DNA of 64,000 nucleotides from an uncultured Alphaproteobacteria bacterium (GCA_902616075.1 CACMRK010000003.1:7153-71152); one strand, 5' to 3'; counted from the stretch's first letter, positions 37,730 to 48,526 are shown. Numbers and translations are program-made. The notes: generated from the sequence alone by a model not told the origin.

Positions 37730-39031
37730 TTAATTGCTATTTTGTCTTATCATCATTGGAGATGACCAAACAAGAGAATTATAATTACCAGAGTCAGATA
37801 AAGAACTCCATTCCACTTGTGATTGATTTGTAATTCTACATATCCAAGTATTTTCTAATTTAGCATTTTCAGCTCTCATTATCCAAGCATCACTTTTTTG
37901 CTTATCATTATTTTCTCCAAGTTCTATATCTGACATAAAATAACAGATATCCCTAGAAGGACTAGAGCCAATCAATCCAATAATATTCTCTCTAGCAATA
38001 TTCCATTTTAAATTTTTTATAGCAAAATAAATTAAAAGTTTTTTGGATTCTTCTCCACTAGCAGTATTTTTAATTATTTCATATATAAATTTTATGTCAG
38101 TTAAATCATTTTCATTAAGTATTTTTATAATTATAGAACGAAGTAATGAATTAGGATTTAAATTCCAATATTTTTTTATTAAATTTTTAAGATTTCTCTT
38201 ATCATTTAAATTAGCTATAATTTCTAAATGTAGCTTAACATATGGAGGAAAATTTTTTTTTAAATCTACTGCTTTCAAAATATTTTTTAAAGCATCTTTA
38301 ATATCACTATCAAATTTTATTTTAGCTATTTCATAAAAACCTATGGATTTATTTTCATTTAATTCATTTTTACTTATTAGTTTATTTGAAAAAGCTTTAT
38401 CTGATAATAAAATTATTTGATTCCAGTTTTTTGTTTTTGCAGCAATAGATATTAGTGTGTCATAAAGTTTTTCAATATTCGGATTAATTGAAAATAATTT
38501 TTCTCCATATAGGAAAGCGTGATGATAATCTTGATTTCTTAAATTTTGTTCCATTAAACCTCTGTATCCAAGTGTTTCTGTCTTTTTTGATTTAATCATA
38601 TCTTCATAAACATTGTTTAATTCTGGAAATTTTTTTTCTATCTTTAAAACTTCAGACTTTAGTAATAGAGACAGAGATGGTTCGTCTTTAAGATAACTAA
38701 TCATTTTTTTATGTGATTTTAAAGCAGTCTTATTATCTTTGTTTGCAACAGCTATCATTGCGTCGACAAAGTGTAAGTAACCTTTTTCAATTTTATTATA
38801 TTTATTTTTTAAGAAATATTTTCCAAGTGAAAATCTTGATCGGAAAAATAAATAAAACACCAAATATAATAAAAAAATAAAGGATATAAAAACAACTGCA
38901 AATAAATTTGAAGAAAAAGAGTATTTTAAATTTCCTATATCTAAGGATATAATAAATGGATTGGTAAAAATAAAAGTGAGCGCTATAATTAATATTAAAA
39001 ACTGCAATACAAAAATTGAAAGTCTATACAT
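37730..39031 (-). CDS. HemY-like membrane TPR protein
   Basis: Two N-terminal TM helices are followed by KGYLHFVDAMIAVANKDNKTALKSHKK...LLLKSEV (HemY_N-like pattern) and a helical-repeat C-terminal region. Confidence 0.6.
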   Translation of the reverse strand: MYRLSIFVLQFLILIIALTFIFTNPFIISLDIGNLKYSFSSNLFAVVFISFIFLLYLVFYLFFRSRFSLGKYFLKNKYNKIEKGYLHFVDAMIAVANKDNKTALKSHKKMISYLKDEPSLSLLLKSEVLKIEKKFPELNNVYEDMIKSKKTETLGYRGLMEQNLRNQDYHHAFLYGEKLFSINPNIEKLYDTLISIAAKTKNWNQIILLSDKAFSNKLISKNELNENKSIGFYEIAKIKFDSDIKDALKNILKAVDLKKNFPPYVKLHLEIIANLNDKRNLKNLIKKYWNLNPNSLLRSIIIKILNENDLTDIKFIYEIIKNTASGEESKKLLIYFAIKNLKWNIARENIIGLIGSSPSRDICYFMSDIELGENNDKQKSDAWIMRAENAKLENTWICRITNQSQVEWSSLSDSGNYNSLVWSSPMMIRQNSN

Positions 39032-39908
39032 TATTTAATTTTGAAATTTCTGTTATAAAATTATTATAGTTTTTCATTTCAATCAAAGATACTTTAAAAA
39101 AAACATTATAATTTTCTATCCTACTTATGCTGTCATAAGCTTTAGATATGTTTCTGTTTTTAATAAAAAATTTAGTTTCCTCTAATATTAAAATTTTTTC
39201 ATCTAAAATAATATTTTCTGAGGATGGAGAAAGGTTTATGTAGGGTAAAAAAATTTTTTTAAATAAACCATTTTTATTATTCACAGTATTCTTCAAAAAT
39301 AAATTAACCTCATTATTAAATTGATCTTCTAAAAATGCATGCCCTTTATATTTATTTCTTTTAAGAATTGACAATTTTTCCAAAATAGGGTTTTTATTAT
39401 TTTCTAAAATTGCTTCAAGGTATTTAAGCTCCCTATCAAAATCCATATTGTTTTCGTATTTAATTTTTATTAACTCAATTACTTCATTGATAGATTGATT
39501 TACTAGTTCAGGATTATTATTAGACTGATCTTCAATATTTTTATTTTTTATAGAAGAAATCTCATAACTTAGAGTATTGAAATTCTTATTTAATAATTCT
39601 ATGCTTTCATTGATTGCCGTCAAATCAACTTTTGATTCTTTATTTGAATTTTCTTTAATAAGTTTTTCTATATTTGTTAAAGCTGTTTTTGTTTCTAATA
39701 TTTCTTTAGATATATTGTTTATAAATTCAGAATTTTCATTAATATTTTCCCTAAGTTCATTTTCTAGTTCAATTTGAATTTTTGATACTTCATCTTCATT
39801 CTGATAATTCGTATAGAGAAGATAAATTAAGAAAAAAACACATAATAAAAGAATAAAGCTTAATGAAAATTTAGAAAAAACATAAAAACTATCAAAAACT
39901 TTTTTCAT
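39024..39908 (-). CDS. membrane-anchored coiled-coil protein (HemX / alphaproteobacterial Mic60-like candidate)
   Basis: One N-terminal TM (FSLSFILLLCVFFLIYLLY) and a long E/K/N/I-rich, heptad-like middle region. The gene overlaps the HemY-like gene by 8 nt. Confidence 0.35.
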   Translation of the reverse strand: MKKVFDSFYVFSKFSLSFILLLCVFFLIYLLYTNYQNEDEVSKIQIELENELRENINENSEFINNISKEILETKTALTNIEKLIKENSNKESKVDLTAINESIELLNKNFNTLSYEISSIKNKNIEDQSNNNPELVNQSINEVIELIKIKYENNMDFDRELKYLEAILENNKNPILEKLSILKRNKYKGHAFLEDQFNNEVNLFLKNTVNNKNGLFKKIFLPYINLSPSSENIILDEKILILEETKFFIKNRNISKAYDSISRIENYNVFFKVSLIEMKNYNNFITEISKLNNV

Positions 39909-39969
39909 GCTCTTTTTTTAGCATTATTAGTTTGTTGTTTAACAGTGTAAAATACTATACCAAAAAAAT

Positions 39970-40980
39970 ATGCTTGTATTTGCTTCAGAAACTTCATGCG
40001 ACGAAACATCAATATGTCTAATGGAAAACAGTACTATTATTGAGCATATTACTTTTTCGCAGGAAATTCATAAAATACATGGCGGTGTTGTTCCAGAGTT
40101 AGCTTCCAGGTCGCATTTAGAAAAAATTCAAACTATGACTAACGAATTATTTTCTAGAAAAAATATAAATCCAAATGAAATAGATGTATTTTCAGCTACT
40201 TGTGGACCGGGGCTCATAGGAAGTTTGTTGGTTGGCTCAACTTTTACCAAATCTTTAGCAATTTCTTTTCAAAAACCATTCATTCCAATCAATCATCTTG
40301 AGGGCCATATCCTTTCCACAAGTTTTAATAATGAAATTAAATTTCCAAGTTTGGTCTTACTTTTAACAGGAGGACATACTCAAGTATATCTTATGAAAGA
40401 TGAGGTGAATATTGAGCTATTAGGAGAAAGTATTGATGATGCAATCGGAGAGGCTTTTGATAAAACAGCAAAGTTGATAGGGCTATCATATCCAGGTGGT
40501 GCTGAGATTGAAAGAGAGGCAGTTAGAGGAAATGAAAATAGATTTATTTTACCAAAACCATTATTAAAAGAAAAAAATTTCAACTTTTCGTTTTCTGGTA
40601 TTAAAACACATATAAATCTTTTAACAAAAAAAAATAAAATTGATAAAAAATTTATTCAAGATTTATCTGCATCTTTTCAAAAAAATATTACAGAACTAAT
40701 AATAGAAAAACTTGAAAGAGGATTGAAAAGACTAAAATTAAATGAAGTAAATGTTAAATCACTTTCAGTTGTAGGGGGTGTATCTAATAATAAGTATATT
40801 AAAAAAAAATTAGAAAATTTTTTTATTAATAAAGATATTGAGATTTACTATCCACTAAAGGAAATGATGATTGATAATGCTGCTATGATTGCTTGGGCAT
40901 GTATGAAATTTTATAAAAAAGATAGAAATGATTTATTTTTTAAACCAATGCCTAGATTAGGAGTAAGAAGTGTATTATAA
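39970..40980 (+). CDS. tsaD: tRNA N6-adenosine threonylcarbamoyltransferase
   Basis: ETSCDETS, GGVVPELASRSH, INHLEGH and SFSGIKT motifs. Confidence 0.9.
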   Translation: MLVFASETSCDETSICLMENSTIIEHITFSQEIHKIHGGVVPELASRSHLEKIQTMTNELFSRKNINPNEIDVFSATCGPGLIGSLLVGSTFTKSLAISFQKPFIPINHLEGHILSTSFNNEIKFPSLVLLLTGGHTQVYLMKDEVNIELLGESIDDAIGEAFDKTAKLIGLSYPGGAEIEREAVRGNENRFILPKPLLKEKNFNFSFSGIKTHINLLTKKNKIDKKFIQDLSASFQKNITELIIEKLERGLKRLKLNEVNVKSLSVVGGVSNNKYIKKKLENFFINKDIEIYYPLKEMMIDNAAMIAWACMKFYKKDRNDLFFKPMPRLGVRSVL

Positions 40981-41020
40981 ATTAACCTCGTAAAAAGTTT
41001 TATACTAAAGAAATATTAGA

Positions 41021-41425
41021 ATGAAATACTGGTTGTTGAAATCTGAACCTGATGCATGGTCTTGGGAAAACCAAGTTAAGGAGGGTGCATCCATGTGGGA
41101 TGGGGTACGAAATTATCAAGCCAGAAATAATTTGAAAAAGATGAAAAAAAATGATTTATGTTTTTTTTATCACTCAGTTACAGAAAGAAGTATTGTTGGG
41201 ATTGTTAAAGTAGTAAAAGAATATTATCCAGATCCTACTGATAAAACAGGCCGTTTTGTTGTAGTTGATGTCAAAGCAACAAAAAAACTAAAAAACCCAG
41301 TCTCTCTAGATCAGATAAAAGAAAATAGTAAGTTACAAGATATTGCACTTGTTAAACAAAGTAGACTCTCCGTAATGCCTTTAAAAAAAACTGAATGGGA
41401 TATAATAATTAAAATGTCAAATTAG
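41021..41425 (+). CDS. EVE (PUA-like) domain protein
   Basis: MKYWLLKSEPDAWSW..WDGVRNYQARNNLKKMKKNDLCFFYHS is the canonical EVE-domain N-terminus. Confidence 0.8.
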   Translation: MKYWLLKSEPDAWSWENQVKEGASMWDGVRNYQARNNLKKMKKNDLCFFYHSVTERSIVGIVKVVKEYYPDPTDKTGRFVVVDVKATKKLKNPVSLDQIKENSKLQDIALVKQSRLSVMPLKKTEWDIIIKMSN

Positions 41426-41480
41426 CTTAAAAAAATAATTACTTGTTGATATTTAAATAAATTAGAATTACTCTCTTAGT

Positions 41481-43403
41481 ATGGAAATTAAAAAAGATTG
41501 GCTTGAACATGCAAAGGTTAATGAAGAAAAATATTCTTCAATGTATGATAATTCTCTTCAAAACAATGATGGGTTTTGGGCAGATCAAGCGCAAAGAATC
41601 GATTGGATTAAAAAATTTTCAAAAATCAAAGATATAAAATATTCTAAAGATGATGTTAATATTAAATGGTTTGAGGACGGCAATCTTAATGTATCTTATA
41701 ATTGTATAGATAGGCATGCTAAAAATAATCCTGATAAAGTTGCTATAATTTGGGAAGGTGATGACCCAAATGAAACAAAAAAAATAACATACAAAGAACT
41801 ATTAATAAATGTATCAAAGGCAGCAAACGTACTTAAAAAAATTGGTGTAAAAAAAGGTGATCGAGTAACAATATACTTAACAATGATACCTGAGCTAGCT
41901 TATATTATGTTAGCTTGTGCAAGAATTGGTGCTGTACACTCAATCATTTTTGGTGGTTTTTCTGCAGAGTCGATAGCAGGTAGAATAAAAGATTGTAAAT
42001 CAGAATATGTAGTGACAGCAGATGAAGGAGTTAGAGGTGGTAAAACTATTCCTTTGAAATTAACTACGGATAAAGCACTGGAAACATGTCCTGACGTTAA
42101 AAAGTGTTTAGTTGTTAAAAGAACAAATAAAGAAATAGAATTAATAAAAGATAGAGATTTATTTTATGATGATGTCATAAAAGAAGTTGATAGCATTTGT
42201 AAACCAGAAGTCTTAAATGCAGAAGATCCTTTATTCATTTTGTATACTTCAGGATCAACTGGTAAACCAAAAGGTGTTATGCATACATCAGGTGGATATA
42301 TAGTTTATGCTTCAATGACACATGAATATATCTTTAATTACAATGATGGGGATATATACTGGTGTACTGCAGACATAGGCTGGATTACTGGTCACAGTTA
42401 CATAATATATGGACCACTTGCTAATGGTGCTACAACCTTAATGTTTGAAGGTGTCCCTAATTATCCTGACTTCTCCAGATTTTGGAAAATTGTAGATAAA
42501 CATAAAGTAAATATATTTTACACTGCACCTACTGCAATTAGAGCTTTAATGAGAGAGGGTGATGATTATGTTACAAAAACTAGCAGATCAACTTTAAAGC
42601 TTTTAGGAACAGTTGGTGAGCCTATAAATCCAGAGGCATGGAAGTGGTACTATGAAGTACCTGGTAATTCAAAATGTCCAATAGTAGATACTTGGTGGCA
42701 GACTGAAACAGGAGGGATTTTAATATCCCCTCAAACAGGTGCAATAAAACTGAAACCGGGTTCAGCTTCAAAACCTTTTTTTGGTATTGAGCCATGTATT
42801 GTTGATAAAGATGGTAATGAATTAGATGGTGAATGTGAAGGAATGTTATGTATGAAGCGTTCATGGCCTGGTCAAATGCGAACTGTTTATGGAGATCATA
42901 AAAGATTTATAGATACTTATTTTTCTCAATTTGATGGAAAATATTTTACAGGTGATGGGTGCAAAAGAGATAAAGATGGATATTATTGGATTACAGGTAG
43001 AGTAGATGATGTTATTATTGTATCAGGCCATAATTTAGGTACAGCAGAAATTGAAAGTGCTTTTGTATCTCATAAAGATGTTTCTGAAGCAGCAGTGGTT
43101 GGCTATCCCCATGATGTTAAAGGTAACGGTTTATACTGTTATGTATCACTGAAAGTTGGTGTTGATTCTTCAGAGGATTTAATTTTAGAACTGAAAAAAA
43201 CTATCAGAGAAAAAATTGGCCCAATTGCTACACCTGATTATATACATATTACAGCTGGTTTACCAAAGACAAGATCTGGGAAAATCATGAGAAGAATTTT
43301 AAGAAAAATTGCTTCAAATGAATTTGAAAATCTAGGTGATACTTCTACTTTGGCAGATCCATCAGTTGTAAATAATCTAATAGAAAATAGGAAAAATATT
43401 TAA
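41481..43403 (+). CDS. acs: acetyl-coenzyme A synthetase
   Basis: 640 aa. [32 protein letters not shown] and [11 protein letters not shown] motifs. Confidence 0.95.
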   Translation: MEIKKDWLEHAKVNEEKYSSMYDNSLQNNDGFWADQAQRIDWIKKFSKIKDIKYSKDDVNIKWFEDGNLNVSYNCIDRHAKNNPDKVAIIWEGDDPNETKKITYKELLINVSKAANVLKKIGVKKGDRVTIYLTMIPELAYIMLACARIGAVHSIIFGGFSAESIAGRIKDCKSEYVVTADEGVRGGKTIPLKLTTDKALETCPDVKKCLVVKRTNKEIELIKDRDLFYDDVIKEVDSICKPEVLNAEDPLFILYTSGSTGKPKGVMHTSGGYIVYASMTHEYIFNYNDGDIYWCTADIGWITGHSYIIYGPLANGATTLMFEGVPNYPDFSRFWKIVDKHKVNIFYTAPTAIRALMREGDDYVTKTSRSTLKLLGTVGEPINPEAWKWYYEVPGNSKCPIVDTWWQTETGGILISPQTGAIKLKPGSASKPFFGIEPCIVDKDGNELDGECEGMLCMKRSWPGQMRTVYGDHKRFIDTYFSQFDGKYFTGDGCKRDKDGYYWITGRVDDVIIVSGHNLGTAEIESAFVSHKDVSEAAVVGYPHDVKGNGLYCYVSLKVGVDSSEDLILELKKTIREKIGPIATPDYIHITAGLPKTRSGKIMRRILRKIASNEFENLGDTSTLADPSVVNNLIENRKNI

Positions 43404-43406
43404 AAA

Positions 43407-43958
43407 CTACCTTGGTTCCCAATGCTTTAAGCATCTGGGTTCATATATATTGGCTGCGCCAACTTGAGTTCTTTCACCGCCCTCAGTTTTTCTATAAGTT
43501 TTAGTTGCCTCAAGACCACATACGTTACAAAATCCATATATTTTTAATATTTTATCTGACAAACCTAATAACATTGAAGAGGTTTCCCAAGGTTTTCCTC
43601 TGGAATCTTGATCTAGACCAGCACAAACAACATCTATTCCATTATTTAGTATAGTTTCAACATTATTAAGGGTATCAGATGTGTTCATAAATTGAATTTC
43701 ATCTAAGAAAACCACATCAACATATTTTTTTTCAAAACTAAACTTTTTTAGAACTGTTTCCCAATCTGTCATTGCATAACATTCATGGCTCAAATCATTA
43801 TGGGTAATAATTTTTTCATTTGAATATCTATTATCAATACTTGGTTTTAAAACTATAATCTTTTTGTTTTGATGTTTGGCCCAGAGAATTCGTTTAAGAA
43901 GTTCACTTGTTTTTCCCGCAAACATTGCACCAACTATTGTTTCAAGATTACCACGCAT
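43407..43958 (-). CDS. tdk: thymidine kinase
   Basis: P-loop GAMFAGKTSEL, FLDEIQF, and a zinc-ribbon-like C..C...C region near the C-terminus. Confidence 0.9.
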   Translation of the reverse strand: MRGNLETIVGAMFAGKTSELLKRILWAKHQNKKIIVLKPSIDNRYSNEKIITHNDLSHECYAMTDWETVLKKFSFEKKYVDVVFLDEIQFMNTSDTLNNVETILNNGIDVVCAGLDQDSRGKPWETSSMLLGLSDKILKIYGFCNVCGLEATKTYRKTEGGERTQVGAANIYEPRCLKHWEPR

Positions 43959-44028
43959 AACTCAATATATTTTATTTTGAATATTTATTATATAACTTAT
44001 TTGATTAAATAATACTTATTTTGTAATA

Positions 44029-45297
44029 ATGATTAAAGGTACTAAAATTAGATTTGATGTTCATAACATTTTATATTCAATTTATAAGTTTAATAAAACA
44101 TTAAATTGTTCTTCAATTAAAAAAATAATTGATAGTCACTCAGAAAGAGACATTGCTTTTATAAATAATGTCACTTTAAACTCAATGAGGTTCCATTTTC
44201 ATACTTTGAAAATAATTAGGAAATACATTAAAAAAAAAATAAGAGATCAAGAAAAAATATTATTAATAAGTGCAATTACTCAAATTGTTTTTTTAGATTT
44301 TAAAGAATATGCTGTAATTAATTGTTCTGTAGAAATAGCAAAAAAATTAAAACTTTATCCAGGATTAATAAACGCAAGTTTAAAGAATATTGCAAAAAAC
44401 AAAGGAGAATTAATTAATATTGAGATTAAGTTCGATGATTTACCAAATTGGTTTCAAATAAAAACTAGTTTTTTGTCAATTGAAGAAAAAAATAAATTTA
44501 TCAAAAATTTCAACCAAGAGCCTGACGTTCATATAGTTTTTAAGAATAAAGAGAAATTAGAGAAGTTTGATGAAAAGTTAGAAAAGTCATCTGATATATC
44601 AGGATTTTTAATAGATAAAAAAAATATTACAGATAAAAAATCGTTTGTAAATGGTGATTGGTGGGTTCAAGATTTTTCATCTTTTTTTCCATTGCATTGT
44701 TTACAATTTAAAGATTTGAACAAAAAATTTTTAGACGCTTGTGCGGCACCTGGAGGTAAATCATTCCAACTTTTATCTAAGAATATTAATGTTACATTAA
44801 ATGATAAAAGTAAAAGAAGGATACAAACTTTAAAAGCAAATTTAAATCGTTTAAAGTTTAATGCAAAGATATTGAATGGTGATTTTTTAAAGTTAGATGA
44901 AAAAGAAAAATATGATGTGATTATTATCGATGCTCCTTGTTCTGCAGTAGGGACAATAAGAAAAAATCCAGAGATACTATTTAAGAATGAAGGACCTAAT
45001 TTTAGTGAACTCGATAAGTTACAAAAAAATATGTTAGAAAAAGCATCTATTTTAATAAATAAAAATGGATATATGATTTATATGACATGTTCATTTTTAA
45101 AAAACGAGACTGAGGATCAAATCAATAGATTTTTAAAAAACAACAATAACTTTTTACTTTGTAATTTTAACTCACTAAATAAGAACAGTACTTTTTCTAA
45201 ACTAATAAAGAATAATTTTATTATGACCTTACCTAATGATATATCAAACTATAAAATAGATGGTTATTTTGCAGCCTCTATTAAAAGAATCAGATGA
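44029..45297 (+). CDS. rsmB: 16S rRNA (cytosine-C5)-methyltransferase RsmB/Sun family
   Basis: NusB-like N-domain. WVQDFSS, DACAAPGGKS, DAPCSAVGTIRKNPE and a TCS catalytic-Cys motif. Confidence 0.8.
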   Translation: MIKGTKIRFDVHNILYSIYKFNKTLNCSSIKKIIDSHSERDIAFINNVTLNSMRFHFHTLKIIRKYIKKKIRDQEKILLISAITQIVFLDFKEYAVINCSVEIAKKLKLYPGLINASLKNIAKNKGELINIEIKFDDLPNWFQIKTSFLSIEEKNKFIKNFNQEPDVHIVFKNKEKLEKFDEKLEKSSDISGFLIDKKNITDKKSFVNGDWWVQDFSSFFPLHCLQFKDLNKKFLDACAAPGGKSFQLLSKNINVTLNDKSKRRIQTLKANLNRLKFNAKILNGDFLKLDEKEKYDVIIIDAPCSAVGTIRKNPEILFKNEGPNFSELDKLQKNMLEKASILINKNGYMIYMTCSFLKNETEDQINRFLKNNNNFLLCNFNSLNKNSTFSKLIKNNFIMTLPNDISNYKIDGYFAASIKRIR

Positions 45298-46826
45298 TAT
45301 TGACGTTTAAAAAATTAATATTTATTTTTATTTTCTTGAAATTTAAATTAAATAAAAATCTATCATATTTAGATTTAAATTTTAGAAAAATCGACTTTAC
45401 TAACTACGAATTAGTAAAAAGATTTATATTTAAAAAAAATTTCTATAAAAATAAAAATAGGAATATTCATAGTTTTGATTTTTTAAATTTTTCGAATAAA
45501 CTAGGTGGAAAAATTGGTATCAATTTATCAAGAGAATCAATATTTGGTTGGTTTCAAATAAACAAGAATAAGTTAGGCTTTCCTTGGTCAGAAGATTTAT
45601 CATCTAGAAGATTGATTAATCTTTTATATAATTATGAATATATTAATTCTTCCACATCAAAAAATAGTAAAAACAAATTAGACGTTGTTATTTATTATCA
45701 TATTCAAAGAATCTTATTTGATTTTAATAATAAAAAAATTACTGATATCACATCTTTTGATCTCATTGCTTATCTTATATCATCTATAATGTTAAATAAA
45801 ATAAATAAAAAAAAAATAGATTATTTAAAATATATTATTGATCATCAAATTGATAAGTTGGGTATGCACAAAAGTTACAATATCATTGAGCATTCAAAAT
45901 TTATAAATAACCTTAACGAAATAAAAAATATTTTGTTATTTTTTAAAATAGAAAAATCAAAAATTTTTGATGAGTTAATACTTAAAATGACATCCATCTT
46001 GAATGAGTATTTTCATAGTGATGGAAGTATACCTCTATTTAATGGATCAAATAATATTTACACAAAGTTAATTTACGACTCATTAAACAAAGAAAATTAT
46101 TTAAAAAAAAGAGAGTTTACAAATATAGAAAATGGGATTGCTTTTTATTCAGATAAAAATAAAAAAATTTTTTTTGAAGTAGTCCAGCCTAACAATGATA
46201 TGGTAAGCTCTAATCTTAGTGCTGGTACATTATCAATTGAATTAAGTGGTTTTGGTGAGAAGATATTTACTAACTGTGGTGCATCAGAAAGTTTAGGTAA
46301 AAATCCTGAATATTTGAGATACAGTGCTGCTCACTCAACAATTGTTTTGCAAAACACTAATATCAGTCAAATTAAAGAGGGAAATCCCCATATTAAGTTT
46401 CCACAATCTGTAGTTTTTAGAAGAGAAGCTAATGATAATGAAGAGGTTTTTGAAGGTTCACATAATGGGTATTTAAATAAATTTAAAAAAATAATTAAGA
46501 GAAAATTGATTATCTATAAAAAACTAATTAAGATTGAAGGTGAGGATAATTTAATTTCATATAAAGATATTAATGATAGATTGATTTATCATATTAGATT
46601 TCATTTAGCTGAAGATATAATTTACAATTTTACAAATAATAAAAAAAATATAATTTTAAAAACAAAGATGAATAACATTTGGTTGTTTAAAAGTGATACT
46701 GAATTGATTGTTGAAGATAGTATATTAGTTGATAAAAATATAACAAAACCTACTAAACAAATTGTTATTAAAGGTGTATTGTCAGATAAAAAAATACTAA
46801 AGAAATGGTCCTTAGAAAAAATTTAA
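45294..46826 (+). CDS. heparinase II/III-like family protein
   Basis: The C-terminal block AGTLSIELSGFGEKIFTNCGAS...YSAAHSTIVLQNTN resembles the Hepar_II_III domain. It lies between rsmB and purH. Confidence 0.6.
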   Translation: MILTFKKLIFIFIFLKFKLNKNLSYLDLNFRKIDFTNYELVKRFIFKKNFYKNKNRNIHSFDFLNFSNKLGGKIGINLSRESIFGWFQINKNKLGFPWSEDLSSRRLINLLYNYEYINSSTSKNSKNKLDVVIYYHIQRILFDFNNKKITDITSFDLIAYLISSIMLNKINKKKIDYLKYIIDHQIDKLGMHKSYNIIEHSKFINNLNEIKNILLFFKIEKSKIFDELILKMTSILNEYFHSDGSIPLFNGSNNIYTKLIYDSLNKENYLKKREFTNIENGIAFYSDKNKKIFFEVVQPNNDMVSSNLSAGTLSIELSGFGEKIFTNCGASESLGKNPEYLRYSAAHSTIVLQNTNISQIKEGNPHIKFPQSVVFRREANDNEEVFEGSHNGYLNKFKKIIKRKLIIYKKLIKIEGEDNLISYKDINDRLIYHIRFHLAEDIIYNFTNNKKNIILKTKMNNIWLFKSDTELIVEDSILVDKNITKPTKQIVIKGVLSDKKILKKWSLEKI

Positions 46827-47401
46827 AAAAATTTGCTTTAATTTCAGTATTTGATAAAAAAAAATTACATTATCTTTGTACAAATTTAAATAAATATAAT
46901 TTTAGTTTTATTTCCACTGGTTCAACAGGAAATAAAATACGTAGTATGGGTTTTAATTGTAAAGATATATCTAAAGTAACAAAATTTAAAGAAATGCTTG
47001 ATGGCAGGGTCAAAACATTAAACCCTCTAATATATAGTTCTTTACTTTATTTAAGGGACAATAAGATACACAAAAAACAATTTAAATCGCTAGCAATACC
47101 AGAGATTGATATTGTTATAGTAAATTTATATCCATTTAAAAAATTTTTAAAAAAAAATAACAGAAGTCAATTATTAGAGATGATTGATATTGGTGGTCCT
47201 AGTTTATTAAGAGCAGCAAGTAAAAACTTTAAATACATAACACCAATTATGAATATAGTTGATTATGAACCACTCATTAAGGATTTAAATAGAAACAATG
47301 GAGAAACAAGTTATGCTTTTAGAAAAAAAATGGCCCAAAAAGTTTTTAAAGAAATTTCAAATTATGATAAAATAATTTCAAAATGGTTTAATGAAAATTA
47401 A
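46805..47401 (+). CDS. purH: PurH N-terminal half: IMP cyclohydrolase (MGS-like) domain, separate ORF
   Basis: ALISVFDKK, STGSTGNKI, MLDGRVKTLNP, VIVNLYPF and IDIGGPSLLRAASKN align with the PurH IMPCH domain. The ORF ends at the position of the interdomain linker. Confidence 0.8.
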   Translation: MVLRKNLKKFALISVFDKKKLHYLCTNLNKYNFSFISTGSTGNKIRSMGFNCKDISKVTKFKEMLDGRVKTLNPLIYSSLLYLRDNKIHKKQFKSLAIPEIDIVIVNLYPFKKFLKKNNRSQLLEMIDIGGPSLLRAASKNFKYITPIMNIVDYEPLIKDLNRNNGETSYAFRKKMAQKVFKEISNYDKIISKWFNEN

Positions 47402-48308
47402 AAATACAAAGATAAAATTAAGGTATGGAGAGAATCCAAACCAAAAGGCTTTCTTAATAAGTAACTCAAAAAAATCAATTTTTGATTTTCAAATTCAAGG
47501 AAAACAAATAAGCTATAATAACTTAATAGATCTAGACAGTGGATTTCAGTGTATGGCTGAATTTACTGAACCTACATCAATTATTATAAAACATACAAAT
47601 CCTTGTGGTGTAGCTTCTGGGAAAAATATTTTGGATGCGTTCATAAAATCATATGATAGTGATCCCAAAAGTGCTTTCGGAGGTATAATTTTTTTAAATA
47701 GAAAACTCAATTATGAATTAGCAAAAAAAATATCAAAAAATTTTTTTGAAATAGTTGTTGCTCCAAACTTTGATAAAAAAGCTTTAAAGGCTCTAGAAGA
47801 GAAAAAAAAATTAATTTTAATTAAAATACCTAATATTAAACAAAATGTTATTGAACGTAAATCAATTATTTTTGGGGATCTTTACCAAACAAAAGATTTG
47901 ATAAAAATTAATAGAAAATTTTTGAAATTGGTAACACAACATAAAGCATCATTAAAACTAATTAATGATTTGATATTTTCATTAAAAGTAGCGAAGCATT
48001 TAAAGTCAAATGCAATTGTCTTGTCAAAAAATAAACAGACAGTTGGTTTGGGTCACGGTCAAACAAATAGAGTTGATGCCTTGACTACTGCAATAAAAAA
48101 TAGAAATAAATATTTTAAAGGAAAAGTGTTTGTGTGTGCCTCAGATGGTTTCTTTCCTTTTACGGATAGTGTTAATTTGCTTAAAAAAAATGGTTGTAGT
48201 ATTGTTGCACAACCAAGTGGGTCTATAAATGACAAAAAGATAATTTCTTTTTCTAATAAAAATGGGATATCATTATATTTTATTAAAAACAGATTATTTA
48301 AACATTGA
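47391..48308 (+). CDS. purH: PurH C-terminal half: AICAR formyltransferase domain, separate ORF in a different frame
   Basis: LRYGENPNQ, LSYNNLIDLD, KHTNPCG, SAFGGI, SNAIV, GQTNRVD, ASDGFFPF, and a C-terminal LFKH are present. Confidence 0.85.
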   Translation: MKIKNTKIKLRYGENPNQKAFLISNSKKSIFDFQIQGKQISYNNLIDLDSGFQCMAEFTEPTSIIIKHTNPCGVASGKNILDAFIKSYDSDPKSAFGGIIFLNRKLNYELAKKISKNFFEIVVAPNFDKKALKALEEKKKLILIKIPNIKQNVIERKSIIFGDLYQTKDLIKINRKFLKLVTQHKASLKLINDLIFSLKVAKHLKSNAIVLSKNKQTVGLGHGQTNRVDALTTAIKNRNKYFKGKVFVCASDGFFPFTDSVNLLKKNGCSIVAQPSGSINDKKIISFSNKNGISLYFIKNRLFKH

Positions 48309-48526
48309 ATAAAAAAATTAAATTACCAAGATATTTTAAACTCTTATTAAGTCATAATCCAAAAATTGCATCAGGTAGGAAAAATTTTAGTCAGTATAAT
48401 TATAGAATAATAAAAACATTAGATTTAATTAATAAATATTTTAATATAAAAATTAATAAAAAATAAATTACGTTATCTCTATTTAGATTTGTTTACTGAA
48501 ACTATAAAATATTGTAAATAAGTAAA

